NCBI GenBank assembly: GCA_030670425.1 | Contig: DAOVBS010000001.1 | Location: forward strand, 1-27,523 | Direction of reading: 5' to 3' | DNA: 27,523 bases | Source of the DNA: Chloroflexota bacterium | GTDB lineage: Bacteria; Chloroflexota; Dehalococcoidia; GIF9; AB-539-J10 | Part shown: positions 26,049-27,523 of the stretch, piece by piece | Layout: the number at the start of each line of letters is the position of its first letter | Position numbering within the stretch: the first letter of the stretch is position 1 | The notes under the pieces: generated by a model | Told to the model about the DNA's origin: nothing | Database searches by the model: none | What the model saw: the letters and a program-made list of their open reading frames with translations, nothing else | Position numbers and translations under genes: made by a program

Positions 26049-27233
26049 ATGGATAAGGCGAAAGTACTGGGAAGACCGGTGGCAGTTCTTGGGGGAGGTG
26101 CGTGCGGGCAGACTCTGGCGAGTGAGTTCGCCCTGACGGGACATGAAGTGAGGCTATATGAGTTGCCAGACTTCGCTCAACAAAGCCTGGGGCAGGTACT
26201 GCAGACTCACGAGATAGAGATTGAAGGGCTTCAAGTGAACTTCAAGTGGTTCAAGAGAGTGGGCGTTGCCAGGTTGGATGTTGTTACCACGGAGATGTCT
26301 GAGGCACTGAGGGGGGCAGGTTTGGTGGTGGTGGCGATTCCGGCAAAAGGCCATAAACCCTTCTTCGAGAAAATGATTCCCTATCTTGAGGATGGGCAGG
26401 TGATAAGCATATTCCCGGGGAATTTCGGCTGCTTGATGCTCAGAGAGATGATGAGGCAGGAGGGCTGTGATGCGGATGTGATAGTTGGAGGGTGGAGTTC
26501 CATGCCGTACGGCGTCAGAGTGGTGGAGCCCGGCAAGGTCAATTGCATAGCCAGGACTCGGGAACTTCTTGGTGATGCCCTGCCAAGCAAGGATGGAGAG
26601 GAATTCTTTGATATCTTGAGGGGCATCCCGGCATTCGAGGGCACGGTGGAGGTCAAGAGGGGGGATACGGTTATAGGAGTTGATCTCTCCAATCCTAACC
26701 CCGTTGTTCATGTTCCTGGCTCAGTGCTCAACGTAGGTGCTATGGAGGTGTCGGAAATGGAGGGGATACTGGGTATTCCCAAGGGCAAGTACTCAATGTA
26801 CAAGTATGGAATGAGCCCCGCTGTCTCCAGAGCTCAACTGGCCTTCTACCGGGAGGAGAGGAAGATTGCAGATGCCATGGGAATACAAATGATTGACTAT
26901 CGCGAGGACCAGTTCTTCTGGAAGGCCAGCGTCATGGGCGTGGAGTTCTGGTCTCCCTTTGCTGATGTCATCATTCCACCTATACCCGGCCCCACCTCAG
27001 TGGAACACAGGTACTTCAGCGAGGACATACCTGTGGGCACCGTCACCCGCTACAACCTGGCCAGGAAATGTGGCGTCGATGTTCCCGTAATATCGTCGAT
27101 GGTATGTCTGGGTTCAGCGATATGCGGGCACGATTTCCTCAAGGAGGGAACGTCCCTCAAGGAACTGGGTATTGAGGAGTTGAGCAAAGAGCAGATAGTG
27201 AAGTACCTGAGAGAAGGGGTGAGACCGCAGTAA
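26049..27233 (+). CDS. NAD/NADP octopine/nopaline (opine) dehydrogenase family protein
   Basis: Rossmann motif VAVLGGGACG, then VAIPAKGH, NPNPVVHVPG and HRYFSEDIPVG of the Octopine_DH C-terminal domain. Confidence 0.85.
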   Translation: MDKAKVLGRPVAVLGGGACGQTLASEFALTGHEVRLYELPDFAQQSLGQVLQTHEIEIEGLQVNFKWFKRVGVARLDVVTTEMSEALRGAGLVVVAIPAKGHKPFFEKMIPYLEDGQVISIFPGNFGCLMLREMMRQEGCDADVIVGGWSSMPYGVRVVEPGKVNCIARTRELLGDALPSKDGEEFFDILRGIPAFEGTVEVKRGDTVIGVDLSNPNPVVHVPGSVLNVGAMEVSEMEGILGIPKGKYSMYKYGMSPAVSRAQLAFYREERKIADAMGIQMIDYREDQFFWKASVMGVEFWSPFADVIIPPIPGPTSVEHRYFSEDIPVGTVTRYNLARKCGVDVPVISSMVCLGSAICGHDFLKEGTSLKELGIEELSKEQIVKYLREGVRPQ

Positions 27234-27279
27234 CCGCCGGGGATGGGCTCAAGTACCACCAGAGGAAGGAGGTAACCAC

Positions 27280-27523
27280 GTGGCCGAAGCGGAGAGGAAG
27301 AAAATCGACATTCCGTATCTGTATGCCAAGAAGGCGCAGGGCGAAAAGGTCTCCTGGCTCACCGCTTATGACTATCCCATGGCGTACTATGAGGACAAGG
27401 CAGGGATCGAGATGATCATGGCCGGCGATTCCGGGATGATGGCCTTGCTCGGACACAAGAACACCCTGTCGGCGACGATGGACCAGATGATCTGGATGAC
27501 TCAGGCGGTGACAAGGGGGGCCA
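27280..27523 (+). CDS. panB: 3-methyl-2-oxobutanoate hydroxymethyltransferase family, N-terminal part (runs off the window)
   Basis: Not in the ORF track. GTG at 27280 follows AAGGAGGT and reads MAEAERKKIDIPYLYAKKAQGEKVSWLTAYDYPMAYYEDKAGIEMIMAGDSGMMALLGHKNTLSATMDQMIWMTQAVTRG, with the TAYD and GDS motifs. Confidence 0.85.
   Translation, partial: MAEAERKKIDIPYLYAKKAQGEKVSWLTAYDYPMAYYEDKAGIEMIMAGDSGMMALLGHKNTLSATMDQMIWMTQAVTRGA

Noticed and set aside
369-27456. Numerous long antisense or alternate-frame ORFs in the track (e.g. 1456-2031, 19844-20530, 21022-21618, 23307-24218)
   Set aside because: They are shadows of well-supported genes in GC-rich DNA and carry no motifs or RBS of their own.
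1-27523. Mobile elements, CRISPR arrays, tRNA/rRNA, SRP, RNase P and tmRNA
   Set aside because: By eye I found no transposase or integrase ORFs, periodic repeats, T-loop/CCA patterns or conserved ncRNA cores. tRNAscan-SE and Rfam runs would confirm this.

Overview
This is a bacterial chromosomal window of about 55% GC (estimated by eye) with no mobile element, CRISPR array, rRNA or tRNA that I can support. Gene content and order suggest an anaerobe, most plausibly Chloroflexota/Dehalococcoidia (inference). From left to right it holds: a carboxyltransferase plus paired acyl-CoA dehydrogenase operon (-); a sulfide-using operon of His-type thi4, COG1900/DUF39 homocysteine enzyme, NIL-ferredoxin and UPF0280/COG2122 (-); a CNNM/hemolysin, DUF2344, histidine phosphatase, tilS and short truB run (+); pduO-hisA-hisI (+); rplU-rpmA-rpmE-DUF1385 (-); rhomboid plus alpha/beta hydrolase and a divergent PAP2 (-); a non-canonical FAS-II operon of two MaoC hot-dog proteins, plsX, acpP, fabL, fabF and fabG (+); a split B12-dependent acyl-CoA mutase with isobutyryl-CoA-mutase residues plus MeaB (+); and an opine-dehydrogenase-family gene followed by a partial panB (+). 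The most notable points are the HadAB-like/FabL fatty-acid synthase with no fabZ, fabI, fabH or fabD in the operon, the ICM-type mutase with a perfect palindrome in its promoter spacer, the thi4-COG1900 sulfide operon, a probable ATC start codon for rplU, two probable leaderless genes, and the opine dehydrogenase-panB pairing. All product calls come from motif recognition, not database searches.
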